The notes beneath the pieces are model-generated. The model did not search any database. It was given only the letters and a program-made list of their open reading frames with translations, and was not told the DNA's origin. A DNA stretch of 32,000 bases from Formosa sp. Hel1_33_131 (lineage in GTDB: Bacteria; Bacteroidota; Bacteroidia; Flavobacteriales; Flavobacteriaceae), in assembly GCF_001735745.1 (NCBI RefSeq), contig NZ_CP017260.1, forward strand, positions 2,400,001 to 2,432,000, read 5' to 3'. Shown in pieces: positions 14,285 through 22,810 of this stretch. Each line of letters opens with the position of its first letter. The first letter of the stretch is position 1. The position numbers and the translations under genes were made by a program.

Positions 14285-15292
14285 TTAACAGAAGAAGAAA
14301 TAATCGTTCATAGCGGTCATTTTGTGGGATTGGAAATACTGTTCGATTTCCAATTGAGCCTCGTGATTTGCAACGGTAATAATGCTTTGGTAATTTTCGA
14401 TTGTACTCAGGTATTCGAAGGATTTTAAGGTTTGATTGTAAATATCTTTTCCTATTTTTTTAGGATTGTCACACACCCATTCAAAGGGGGTGTTTTTTTC
14501 AATAAGTAATTGCGCTACTTTTTTCCCTTTGGCACCGGCTCCCCAGATTATTATGGTTTTTTCTTTGTCGTGCGACAGCTCAAAAAAGTAGTTGATCTTT
14601 AATTCTAAGAATGAATTTTCAGCATAATGCGCATCAACTCTCGAGGTTCTTACGGCATAATCACGCCAATGGTGGAGTATTTCATTGGAAGGAATACATT
14701 TCAATCCCTGTTTATAAAATCGAAATGCTAAATCGTAATCTTCTGGATAAGTGTTGGGAGTGAACCCTCCACAGCGGTCAAAGTCTGTTTTATATACCAT
14801 CCAACAGGGAGATGGAATCACACATTCCTTATAAATTTCGTTAAAGTTAGTGCCTTTTGAAGTAAGGTTATTGAGCCACATTTCATAGCGTTTGTAGCCA
14901 TTCCCAATTCCATTTTCTGAAAAGTATCGAACGGTTCCCAAAGCCAAGTGCCCTTCGCCATGCGTGACAAGCGACTGTTGCATCTGATCAAGTTTGTTTA
15001 ACGCCATTACGTCGTCACTGTCCATACGCGTCACAAGCGTACCTTTCGCTTGTTTGTAGCCGGTTCTAAGCGCCTCAATTATACCACTTCCGTCATTGCG
15101 AAGCAAGTGGATTCGAGCATCGCTATTAGCGTAGTTTTGTACAATTTGATAACTCGTATCGGTGGATCCATCGTCCACAATAAGAAGTTCCCAGTTTGTA
15201 TAGGTTTGTTGTAGGATAGAATCTAGACATTCCACCAAATAGGATTCCGTGTTTTTAAAGGGAACCAGAATACTTATAAGCGGTGTTTGCAT
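14285..15292 (-). CDS. Family 2 glycosyltransferase with C-terminal GxGxxG (PglD-N-like) extension
   Basis: 335 aa. ISILVPFKNTESYL...DDGSTD...MDSDD is the GT-A DxD layout. The C-terminal IIIWGAGAKGKKVAQLL...CDNPKKIGKDI is Rossmann-like. Confidence 0.88.
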   Translation of the reverse strand: MQTPLISILVPFKNTESYLVECLDSILQQTYTNWELLIVDDGSTDTSYQIVQNYANSDARIHLLRNDGSGIIEALRTGYKQAKGTLVTRMDSDDVMALNKLDQMQQSLVTHGEGHLALGTVRYFSENGIGNGYKRYEMWLNNLTSKGTNFNEIYKECVIPSPCWMVYKTDFDRCGGFTPNTYPEDYDLAFRFYKQGLKCIPSNEILHHWRDYAVRTSRVDAHYAENSFLELKINYFFELSHDKEKTIIIWGAGAKGKKVAQLLIEKNTPFEWVCDNPKKIGKDIYNQTLKSFEYLSTIENYQSIITVANHEAQLEIEQYFQSHKMTAMNDYFFFC

Positions 15293-16779
15293 TAGTATTT
15301 CGCTGCCTTTCCATTGGCAGACGATTCTTTAAGAAAGGTTCTTAAGTCTTCATTTGCCTGAATTAAATCTTCATCACGCAAATACATCATGTGTCCACTG
15401 CGGTAGCCTTTAAACGTAAAACGATCTTTCATTTTCCCGCTAGGATCCACTTGCGATAAGGTGTATTTTGCATTAAAATAAGTGGTTGCACCATCGTAAT
15501 ATCCAGATTGGTTCAACACTTTTAGATAGGGGTTTTGTGCCATTGCCAAACGCAGATTGTCACGGGTGTTGTCATCATCGTTATTCCAAGGTTGCACAGA
15601 GCCAAACATATTGTATTTTAAATCGGTTGTAAACTTTAATTCACTTTTGATATAATGGTTGATGGCAGGCGTAAACGAATGCAGCCAAGAGGTGAGCTCT
15701 GCACTGTAATCGGGACGATCGCCCGATTCTTTTTCGTCAATTCCTAGGTAGCGAGAGTCCAGTCGTCCGATGGTTTGACCGGTATCATCTCGAAGTAATT
15801 CTTTCCAAAAAAACGAATTCGGAACCTCTAAATTATGTTGTAAAATCACCTTTTGACTCAAGCCCGAATAATAAGCCATTTTTTCACTGACTGCCATTTT
15901 TTCTTCGGCATCAATAAAGCCACCCTTTGCCAATGCAGGAATAAGTGAATTGAGCGCATAGGCTTCTGATTCTGGAAGAATGTCTAATAAATCTTTGGAT
16001 TGAAGTGCCTCTGGTAATTTGTTGTGATACCATGCGGTTGCTGTATAATAGGGAAGGTTCAATGCGGAGGAAACGGGCCCTCCAACACGTAAGACTTTAT
16101 AATCTGCGGGAGATACTAAGATGACGCCATTTAAGTACATCCATTGATTTTGTTGGAGTTCTAAAGACAGGCCCATCACACGGGTGCCTCCATAACTTTC
16201 GCCAATAATATATTTAGGAGATTCCCATCTGTTTTTTCGACTTACAAATGTATTGATCCATCCCGCTAAATATTTGATATCTTCATTGATTCCAAAAAAT
16301 TGTTCTCGATCGGGCATTTCACCTTCTTTATTGGGAAGCATTCTGGAATATCCCGTATTTACAGGGTTGACAAAAACAATGTCCGCGTCGTCTAAAATGG
16401 AATTTGGATTGTTTTTAAACCCATAGGGTTGGACAGGATAGCCTTCGGAATCGACATTTAAAATGCGAGGACCTGTATAGGCAACATGCATCCAAACGGA
16501 CGCCGATCCTGGGCCTCCATTAAAGGAAATGATTAAGGGACGCATCGCACTATTTTTCACGTTATTTCGGGTGTAATAGGTATAATACAAACTAGCGATT
16601 GGCATGCCCTCATTATCCCAAACGGGTTGCATACCTGTTTCGGCAGTATAATCGAATTTCACCCCTTTTACGGTTGTGGAGTGGGTAGTGGTCACAATCG
16701 TGTCCACAGGGATTTCAATAGATTGACTGGAGCCAATAAAAAGAGAGACTAAACTGATATAAAATAGACGATTCTTCAT
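15292..16779 (-). CDS. Peptidase S10 family serine carboxypeptidase (secreted)
   Basis: 495 aa with a signal peptide, FNGGPGSAS and the catalytic GESYGG. Confidence 0.88.
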   Translation of the reverse strand: MKNRLFYISLVSLFIGSSQSIEIPVDTIVTTTHSTTVKGVKFDYTAETGMQPVWDNEGMPIASLYYTYYTRNNVKNSAMRPLIISFNGGPGSASVWMHVAYTGPRILNVDSEGYPVQPYGFKNNPNSILDDADIVFVNPVNTGYSRMLPNKEGEMPDREQFFGINEDIKYLAGWINTFVSRKNRWESPKYIIGESYGGTRVMGLSLELQQNQWMYLNGVILVSPADYKVLRVGGPVSSALNLPYYTATAWYHNKLPEALQSKDLLDILPESEAYALNSLIPALAKGGFIDAEEKMAVSEKMAYYSGLSQKVILQHNLEVPNSFFWKELLRDDTGQTIGRLDSRYLGIDEKESGDRPDYSAELTSWLHSFTPAINHYIKSELKFTTDLKYNMFGSVQPWNNDDDNTRDNLRLAMAQNPYLKVLNQSGYYDGATTYFNAKYTLSQVDPSGKMKDRFTFKGYRSGHMMYLRDEDLIQANEDLRTFLKESSANGKAAKY

Positions 16780-16842
16780 TTTATGAAATGTTTGTTAGGA
16801 TTGACTAAAATACAATCTTTAGCACAAAATAGAAATATTAAT

Positions 16843-17070
16843 TTAAAAATCTGCCAATGTGGTGGCAACGATGGCTTCTGCTTTACTCTTTTCACTCGAG
16901 TGTACGTACAGTTCTTGAAATCCGTAAGTAGGCGTTCCAAAACCTGCCAAACGAGCGGATTCTGTTTCATCTTTTATAATAGGGCTGATGCCCATTTTTT
17001 CTAAGTTTTGAGTGATGAGTTGAACCACAATAAAGCTTCCGGCATACAGTTTTGAATAATTAGATTCCAT
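16843..17070 (-). CDS. DUF2007 domain protein (putative signal-transducing)
   Basis: 75 aa with the typical DUF2007 layout: ...VVQLITQNLEKMGISPIIKDE...YVHSSEKSKAEAIV. Confidence 0.7.
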   Translation of the reverse strand: MESNYSKLYAGSFIVVQLITQNLEKMGISPIIKDETESARLAGFGTPTYGFQELYVHSSEKSKAEAIVATTLADF

Positions 17071-17317
17071 AGGTTTTGATTTTTAAGGACTATAATTCTG
17101 TCAAAGAAAAATTCAATGACCATTTTATAGAAGATTCGAGATTTTAATGGAAGTCCCAGTAGAGAGCTTTGCATTGAATTCTTTCAAGCAATTTACGAAT
17201 AAATTTGACCACCCCGACATATTTTCGCTACAATAGTAAACGGTGAATTAACACGACATTCATGTGTATTATTTATTTTTTTGTAATTTCACCAAAATAA
17301 CCCCTAAACCTACGATC

Positions 17318-17698
17318 ATGAAAAAATGTATTTTCATCCTATTTTTTCTTTCAATTTCAAACACATTTGCACAAACTGTATCCGAAGATATTCTTGGACA
17401 GTGGCAATTGCAAACACTGCAAGTTGACAATGATAAAATAACAGCTAAAGAAGCATTTGAGACCAATAATGTATTCCAAATATATTCTGAAAACAATCAA
17501 TTTGAAGGGATTGTTGGCGAAAAAAACAACAAGGGTACTTGGGAACTTTCTGACAACCAAAAATCTGTATATATCAAATTAGACATACAGAAAGAAGGTC
17601 AAGAATTTACAATTACTAAATTGTCTGCGACGGAGCTTGTGTTAGATATTATTGATAATGATCAAGTAATCACCTTCTCTTATGTAAAGAAAATGTGA
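17318..17698 (+). CDS. Lipocalin-like secreted protein
   Basis: Start moved to MKKCIFILFFLSISNTFAQ (signal peptide). ILGQWQL and KGTWELS are lipocalin-like motifs. Confidence 0.7.
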   Translation: MKKCIFILFFLSISNTFAQTVSEDILGQWQLQTLQVDNDKITAKEAFETNNVFQIYSENNQFEGIVGEKNNKGTWELSDNQKSVYIKLDIQKEGQEFTITKLSATELVLDIIDNDQVITFSYVKKM

Positions 17699-17734
17699 TT
17701 ACTTTAGGGTAATTAAAATGACTAAAAGACTCCT

Positions 17735-18469
17735 TTAATTATTAGTATCGATGTCGCCTCCAGAAGATGATTTAACATCATTTTTTACAGCAGTTTCGTG
17801 ATTTTTAATGTGCGCACCGCTAGAGGCATTCGCATTAAATTCTTCCAAGCATTTTACAGATAAATTGGACCCGCTGGATGCTTTTGTTTCACAAAATTCA
17901 GCCGTTAATTTTGAAGCATCTATTTGACTTCCGCTTGAAGAATTTCCAACAAACCCTTTGGTGTTTCCTTCTAAGATTAAATCACTGCCACTTGAACTGC
18001 TGCTATTTATATGCTTGGTTTCAACGGAGAGTTTCATTTCACTTCCGCTAGAAGTGCTCAAGTCAAGACTCGGAACTTTTAGTGTATTGGTGCTAAAAAC
18101 GGCACTTCCACTCGAAGCTTTGATTTGTTGGATAGTCATAAAATTGACCACTACTTTTTTGGAGGTAACATGATGGGTGCTTTTATCCATGTAAATTTTA
18201 AGCGTTTCATTTTCAATGTGAGTGATGATTAATTCTTGAATATTTTCATCTGCTTGAACTGAAATACTAGGGCTGTCACTTTGTGTTAAAAAGAGATCGA
18301 TACCTGCACTGACTTCGATACTGTTAAAGGATTCATTACTGTTTCGTTGTTCGGTGACTACAACGCCGTTGCCACGCACCCCTTTATTAAATGGATAGGA
18401 GTTAAATTGGCAAGCGTTTAAGGCAAGGCTTACAATAGTGATGCTGATAAATTTGATAAGGGTGATCAT
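17735..18469 (-). CDS. DUF2807 (head GIN / Toastrack-type) domain lipoprotein
   Basis: 244 aa with signal peptide and Cys (LALNAC), and repeated SSGS beta-helix rungs. It lies 18 nt downstream of the PspC-domain gene. Confidence 0.85.
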   Translation of the reverse strand: MITLIKFISITIVSLALNACQFNSYPFNKGVRGNGVVVTEQRNSNESFNSIEVSAGIDLFLTQSDSPSISVQADENIQELIITHIENETLKIYMDKSTHHVTSKKVVVNFMTIQQIKASSGSAVFSTNTLKVPSLDLSTSSGSEMKLSVETKHINSSSSSGSDLILEGNTKGFVGNSSSGSQIDASKLTAEFCETKASSGSNLSVKCLEEFNANASSGAHIKNHETAVKNDVKSSSGGDIDTNN

Positions 18470-18487
18470 GATAGTTTAGGTTTTAAG

Positions 18488-20089
18488 TTAGTTGTTTTTA
18501 TTTAGGTTTGGACAATCCAAGCATCGCATGGATTTATGTTCTATTTTTAGATAATGATCTTCATTTCCATTGTCTAAAATGTCATTATGTATTGAATAGT
18601 TACGGTGGTAAGAATAGGTGTTTTCATCTGGAAACAACACGCTGCCAATGGGCAGTTGTATAATGACTTCAATGTTTTGTCCTCTATATTTTTGTTCTAT
18701 ATCTGTAAGGAAAAATCCATCTAAGTACAAGGTGTTGTTTTTGAATTCATATTGATAATCCAACGCCATCGCTCGATCTTTAGCGATCAAATAATCGACT
18801 CCAGACGCTTTCTTTTCGACTGAAATACTCCCAATAGAATCTTTTGTGGACTGTACGATGAGCCTTATATCCGAACCATAAATTCGTTTTGTATCCTGTT
18901 CGTCATAGATAATCTCTAAGTTACTATTGCGATGTAAAAATTTCGAGTATAAGGGATTGCCTTTCATTTCTAGATACAACGTATCCATTTTTGTAATGGG
19001 CAACTCTACTTGCTCCGTGACACTCGCATCCAATCTATAATCGGCAGCTTGTTTAACACTAAATATGGTGAGTGTAATCAAGACAATGAGCCAAACTCCT
19101 AAGAGTGAAAATTTAGTATACTTGTTGAATAAAGGAATCCGTTTGGACACCATGCGCAAGCCTAAGAGCAATATAAAGACCATTGGAATTCCAGCAATTA
19201 ACAGTGCTAAAATAGAAACCAACCATATTGGCAAGCCTGACGAGTTGACGAGCTCTGCAAAATCCATCCCTGGAAAATGGATGGCATCTGCGATACCAAC
19301 CGTTAGTAAGCCTATAAAAAATCCAATTAGTATCACGATACTGAAAACGATAAAGAACATTCCAATCGCTTTGAAAATTAATTTAAAGAAGAGCAAAATG
19401 AGATCCCCAATCGTTTCAAAAAAAGAGCGCGATGTTGACTGGATATTTTTACCCAAATCATTTAATCTTCCTGAGTTGACGCTGTCTTTAACACGCCCAA
19501 GGCTCTCCTTAACATTACCAAACTCTTCTTTTACTTTTTTTTCAATATTGGTAATGTTGATGGGCTTTCCCATCATGGATAGTTTTTCGGCTGTTGTATT
19601 CGCAGCAGGAATTAAAATCCATAAAATAATATATAATAAAGGTCCCATTCCGGCACCAAAAATTAAGATCACCCAAATCAGTCTTATGATGAGTGGGTCA
19701 ATTCCAAAATAATACCCAAAACCAGACGATACGCCTCCTATGTATGAGTTATCTCGATCTCTAAACAAACGTCGTTTTTGACTGTCTGATTTTTCATTTT
19801 TAGGGGCTTCTTCAAAAATTTCTTCGTCTATTTTATAATCTTCAGGTTGTCCCATAATGATTACAATCTCATCCACTTCTTTATTAGAAATGACTTGTTG
19901 ACTTGTTTTTATGCGCTCTGAAAACAGTTCAGCAACACGCCCTTCGATATCTGAAATAATTTCAGATGCACCTTGGGTGTTTTGTAACGAGGCTTTGATG
20001 GCTTCAAAATAATTTTGAAGTTTTTGATAGGCATCTTCATCTATATTAAATAAGATCCCGGCTAGATTTATACTTACAGTTTTGTTCAT
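18488..20089 (-). CDS. PspC domain-containing membrane protein
   Basis: Start reassigned to MNKTVSINLAG (ATG 20089..20087), which overlaps the PadR stop as ATGA. The PspC core is GGVSSGFGYYFGIDPLIIRLIWVILIF. Multiple TM segments and a large C-terminal domain follow. Confidence 0.88.
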   Translation of the reverse strand: MNKTVSINLAGILFNIDEDAYQKLQNYFEAIKASLQNTQGASEIISDIEGRVAELFSERIKTSQQVISNKEVDEIVIIMGQPEDYKIDEEIFEEAPKNEKSDSQKRRLFRDRDNSYIGGVSSGFGYYFGIDPLIIRLIWVILIFGAGMGPLLYIILWILIPAANTTAEKLSMMGKPINITNIEKKVKEEFGNVKESLGRVKDSVNSGRLNDLGKNIQSTSRSFFETIGDLILLFFKLIFKAIGMFFIVFSIVILIGFFIGLLTVGIADAIHFPGMDFAELVNSSGLPIWLVSILALLIAGIPMVFILLLGLRMVSKRIPLFNKYTKFSLLGVWLIVLITLTIFSVKQAADYRLDASVTEQVELPITKMDTLYLEMKGNPLYSKFLHRNSNLEIIYDEQDTKRIYGSDIRLIVQSTKDSIGSISVEKKASGVDYLIAKDRAMALDYQYEFKNNTLYLDGFFLTDIEQKYRGQNIEVIIQLPIGSVLFPDENTYSYHRNYSIHNDILDNGNEDHYLKIEHKSMRCLDCPNLNKNN

Positions 20090-20427
20090 TTTTTTGTGGT
20101 TTTTGGGAGGGTTACTAAAGTGACTGCGTTGTGGAGTTCGCTCCACGTGGTCGTTAATTCAACTAAAAACAATTCCCCAGTTTCAGTGAGTGTGTAATAC
20201 TTTCTGGGAGGTCCGGTTGTGGATTCTTCCCAACGGTAATTGAGGAGTCCAGAATTTTTAAGCCGTGTGAGAAGGGGATAAATAGTACCTTCAACCACCA
20301 GCAGTTTTGCTTCTTTTAAGGTTTTTAGAATTTCGGCGACGTAGGCATCTTTATTTTTTAAGACGGACAATATGCAGAATTCTAAAACACCTTTTCGCAT
20401 TTGCGCTTTTGTGTTTTCTATTTTCAT
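20086..20427 (-). CDS. PadR family transcriptional regulator
   Basis: 113 aa. LEFCILSVLKNKDAYVAEIL...GTIYPLLTRLKNSGLL...YYTLTETG is the PadR winged-helix signature. Confidence 0.92.
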   Translation of the reverse strand: MKIENTKAQMRKGVLEFCILSVLKNKDAYVAEILKTLKEAKLLVVEGTIYPLLTRLKNSGLLNYRWEESTTGPPRKYYTLTETGELFLVELTTTWSELHNAVTLVTLPKTTKK

Positions 20428-20443
20428 TACTATTAATTTTCAA

Positions 20444-20486
20444 CAAACCTAATACATAAAAAGGTATTATGCATAACATAGTATTA
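20444..20486 (-). promoter_or_regulatory. Candidate PadR promoter (-7 TAGGTTTG) with adjacent palindromic operator-like sites
   Basis: The plus strand reads caaaccta at 20444-20451, 17 nt from the ATG. taatac (20450-20455) is inverted relative to gtatta (20464-20469). A perfect 10-bp palindrome ttatgcataa sits at 20467-20476, and a second gtatta at 20481-20486. Confidence 0.4.
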
Positions 20487-20558
20487 TATTTTAACTTAAC
20501 TTTAACAAATCAAGGTCTTTAAAAATTACTTATCTTAGCTAACAATCTAATCGCACAA

Positions 20559-21017
20559 ATGGACTTCACACCAAGAAAACTCAATTTATTTTTACTGTTC
20601 AAATTACCATCTGCTTATCTGACAGGCGTAAGGGCAAAATCGATTGATGCACAAACATGTGTGATCGTTGTGAAGCACCGTTGGATCAATCAGAATCCTT
20701 TTAAATCCATGTTTTGGGCCGTACAAGGGATGGCAGCAGAACTAGCAACAGGGGCTTTGATTATGATGAAAGTGGAAGCTTCTCATAAAAACATTTCCAT
20801 GTTGGTCATTAAAAACAATGCCCGTTTCACCAAAAAAGCAAAAGGGGTTATTACGTTTACTTGCGACCAAGGTAACCTAGTAGACAAAGCCTTGCAAAAA
20901 GCAATAGAAACAGGCGAGGGGCAAACGGTGATTTTAACCGCCAATGGAATTGATTTGGCAGGCGATGAGGTCGCTTCTTTTGACTTCGAGTGGTCTCTGA
21001 AACTGAAACAAAAATAA
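20559..21017 (+). CDS. DUF4442 (hotdog-fold-like) domain protein
   Basis: 152 aa. LFKLPSAYLTGVRAKSID...HRWINQNPFKSMFWAVQGMAAELATG matches my memory of the DUF4442 family. Confidence 0.75.
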   Translation: MDFTPRKLNLFLLFKLPSAYLTGVRAKSIDAQTCVIVVKHRWINQNPFKSMFWAVQGMAAELATGALIMMKVEASHKNISMLVIKNNARFTKKAKGVITFTCDQGNLVDKALQKAIETGEGQTVILTANGIDLAGDEVASFDFEWSLKLKQK

Positions 21018-21138
21018 ATCAAAAGATACTGTTAAAGTTTGATGAGGGGTTCATTTTTTCATTACATTTATAAAATAATCATTAAATATTCGCCTATTCA
21101 ATAACATTACTTTTTATTAATTTTAATCCATTCTAAAA

Positions 21139-21333
21139 ATGTCAAGAGCAATGTTTGAGTACACCAAAACGGTACTGAATAAGGTGAGTTTCGATACCAA
21201 CCTTTTTTGTAAAGAAGTTCAAAAGGCACTTCAACGTTTATTACCATACGAAATAGAAGAATTAAAATTATTCATTCAAAACTTGATTACATTCAATCCT
21301 GATTTGAAACAATGTATGGTTTATTTGAATTAG
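21139..21333 (+). CDS. Hypothetical small protein (64 aa)
   Basis: A clean ORF followed by a strong terminator. No recognisable domain. Confidence 0.5.
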   Translation: MSRAMFEYTKTVLNKVSFDTNLFCKEVQKALQRLLPYEIEELKLFIQNLITFNPDLKQCMVYLN

Positions 21334-21355
21334 TCTTTGTATAAAATTAAACTGT

Positions 21356-21383
21356 AAAGTGGCCGAGAGGCCACTTTTTTTAT
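21356..21383. terminator. Bidirectional rho-independent terminator
   Basis: aaagtggcc-gaga-ggccacttt is a 9-bp GC-containing stem, followed by a T tract on the plus strand and preceded by A residues. It serves the 64-aa gene on plus and oxyR on minus (oxyR stop at 21380-21382). Confidence 0.75.
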
Positions 21384-22318
21384 TTTGGAACGGGACTTAT
21401 AATTTGCACATTTTGAAAGGCAATCGCCCCCCGAATGATTCCAGAAATGATGTTGTGGAGTGCATCCGTTATTTGAATTTTCAATTCACTTTTATGATAG
21501 ATCAAACTGACTTCCCTTGCAGGTGAAGGCTCACTAAAATAATGTAGATTCTCTTGTTCTTTTTCTTTTAAGTCTAAGGTGTGCAAATAGGGGAGCAGTG
21601 TCATTCCCATCCCTTCGTTGGTTAATTTTACCAACATTTCAAAACTTCCGCTTTCCAACTGAAACTCGTCATGGTCTTTGGTTTTTTTGGCGTTACATAA
21701 ATTAAGCACCCCATCTCTAAAACAATGCCCGTCTTCTAACAACAACATGTCATTAATGTCCAAGTCCGAAACCTCTAATGTTTTTTTGGAGGTCAAACGG
21801 TGGTTGTTGGGAATGTAGCCTACAAAGGGTTCGTAAAACAAAACACGTTCTTTGATGTGTTCGTTTTTCAAAGGCGTTGCGGCGATGGCAGCATCTAAAT
21901 GCCCGTCCCTGATCCGTTGGATGATTTCCTCGGTATTCAGTTCCTCGATTTTAAGCTTTATTTTTGGATAGCGTTTGATAAACGTTTTTAGAAACATTGG
22001 CAACAATGTTGGCATGACGGTTGGGATGATTCCTAATTTGAACTCTCCACCAATAAATCCTTTTTGTTGGTCCACAATATCCGTGATGCGTTCGGCTTCA
22101 TTGACAATGTTTTTTGATTGGTTGACAATTTTGCGTCCCACCTCAGTCAATTCAATTGGCTTTTTACTGCGGTCAAAAATCTGAACCGCCAACTGGTCTT
22201 CCAGTTTTTGAATTTGCATGCTCAGTGTGGGTTGTGTGACAAAACACTTTTCCGCTGCTTTGGTGAAGTTTTGATGTTCAGCAACTGCTAAGACATATTT
22301 GAGTTGTGTGATGGTCAT
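21380..22318 (-). CDS. oxyR: LysR-family hydrogen peroxide-inducible genes activator OxyR
   Basis: 312 aa. The N-terminal HTH is MTITQLKYVLAVAEHQNFTKAAEKCFVTQPTLSMQIQKLE. The redox cysteines are LLLEDGHCFRD and LNLCN, at the spacing seen in E. coli C199/C208. Confidence 0.9.
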   Translation of the reverse strand: MTITQLKYVLAVAEHQNFTKAAEKCFVTQPTLSMQIQKLEDQLAVQIFDRSKKPIELTEVGRKIVNQSKNIVNEAERITDIVDQQKGFIGGEFKLGIIPTVMPTLLPMFLKTFIKRYPKIKLKIEELNTEEIIQRIRDGHLDAAIAATPLKNEHIKERVLFYEPFVGYIPNNHRLTSKKTLEVSDLDINDMLLLEDGHCFRDGVLNLCNAKKTKDHDEFQLESGSFEMLVKLTNEGMGMTLLPYLHTLDLKEKEQENLHYFSEPSPAREVSLIYHKSELKIQITDALHNIISGIIRGAIAFQNVQIISPVPK

Positions 22319-22338
22319 AATGGTTCTTATTGAGATTG

Positions 22339-22381
22339 CAAAGCTATCAATAAAAACTATGAACTCAGTTTGTTTTGATAG
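22339..22381 (-). promoter_or_regulatory. Candidate oxyR promoter (-7 TAGCTTTG) overlapping a CTAT/ATAG inverted repeat
   Basis: The plus strand reads caaagcta at 22339-22346, 21 nt from the ATG. ctatcaa (22344-22350) is inverted relative to ttgatag (22375-22381), with an extra CTAT at 22357-22360. These are reminiscent of the ATAG/CTAT elements in OxyR sites. Confidence 0.35.
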
Positions 22382-22412
22382 TTTTTTACTGTTTTGAGTT
22401 AAAAAAATAGGC

Positions 22413-22453
22413 TGTCATTCTGAACCTGACGGTAGTCAGGTTTATTTCAGAAC
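22413..22453 (+). repeat. Family F3 repeat unit (variant with internal 8-bp hairpin)
   Basis: tgtcattctgaacctgacggtagtcaggtttatttcagaac. The inner hairpin is aacctgac-ggta-gtcaggtt. Its reverse complement matches the right arm of the element at 7474-7521. Confidence 0.75.
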
Positions 22454-22558
22454 AACTGCTACTGCAAAGTCTGCCGACTTTGAGTTCTCTATTTTTATAA
22501 TACGCTCTTTCATTATTCTTCATTTTTTTTTACTTTTTAATGTAATCTTGCCTTTTTT

Positions 22559-22650
22559 ATGTTGCGCTAAGTCGGGAAATCGAAGATTCGACGAAGTCAA
22601 ACTTTGTGCAGCATGGGGATTCGACGAAGTCAAACTTTGCGCAGCAGGGG
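22559..22650 (+). repeat. Family F2 element containing a 33-bp tandem duplication
   Basis: The element runs atgttgcgctaagtc...gcagcagggg. The unit gattcgacgaagtcaaactttgYgcagcaKggg occurs at 22585-22617 and 22618-22650, with 2 mismatches. Confidence 0.85.
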
Positions 22651-22752
22651 TACACATTGATTTTATGAAATATACAGCTTAAAATTAGTTGAAATTTTAT
22701 TTGTTTAAGCCAAAGAATACGGAGCGGGCTTTACAATGCATTCTTTCTTTTT

Positions 22753-22789
22753 ATGTTGCGCTAAGTCAGGAGACTTTGCGCAGCAGGGG
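22753..22789 (+). repeat. Minimal family F2 element (single long hairpin)
   Basis: atgttgcgctaagtc-agga-gactttgcgcagcagggg. The stem pairs 22754-22767 with 22772-22785: 14 stacked positions including one G-U and one T-T mismatch. Confidence 0.85.
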
Positions 22790-22810
22790 TTTCACACTAT
22801 TTAAATAAAA

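Noticed and set aside
16776-17004. 64-aa minus and 73-aa plus ORFs overlapping the DUF2007 gene
   Set aside because: They overlap a recognisable DUF2007 reading frame and show no domain-like features.
19065-19712. 215-aa plus-strand ORF, and similar antisense ORFs (for example 11407-11862, 8512-8847, 29123-29476, 11875-12222, 133-1253)
   Set aside because: These are all shadow ORFs lying entirely inside well-supported genes on the opposite strand, with compositionally odd translations.
20090-20146. N-terminal extension of the PspC-domain ORF
   Set aside because: The extension lies inside the PadR coding sequence. The ATG at 20089 forms the classic ATGA overlap with the PadR stop and starts at a typical MNKTVSINLAG.
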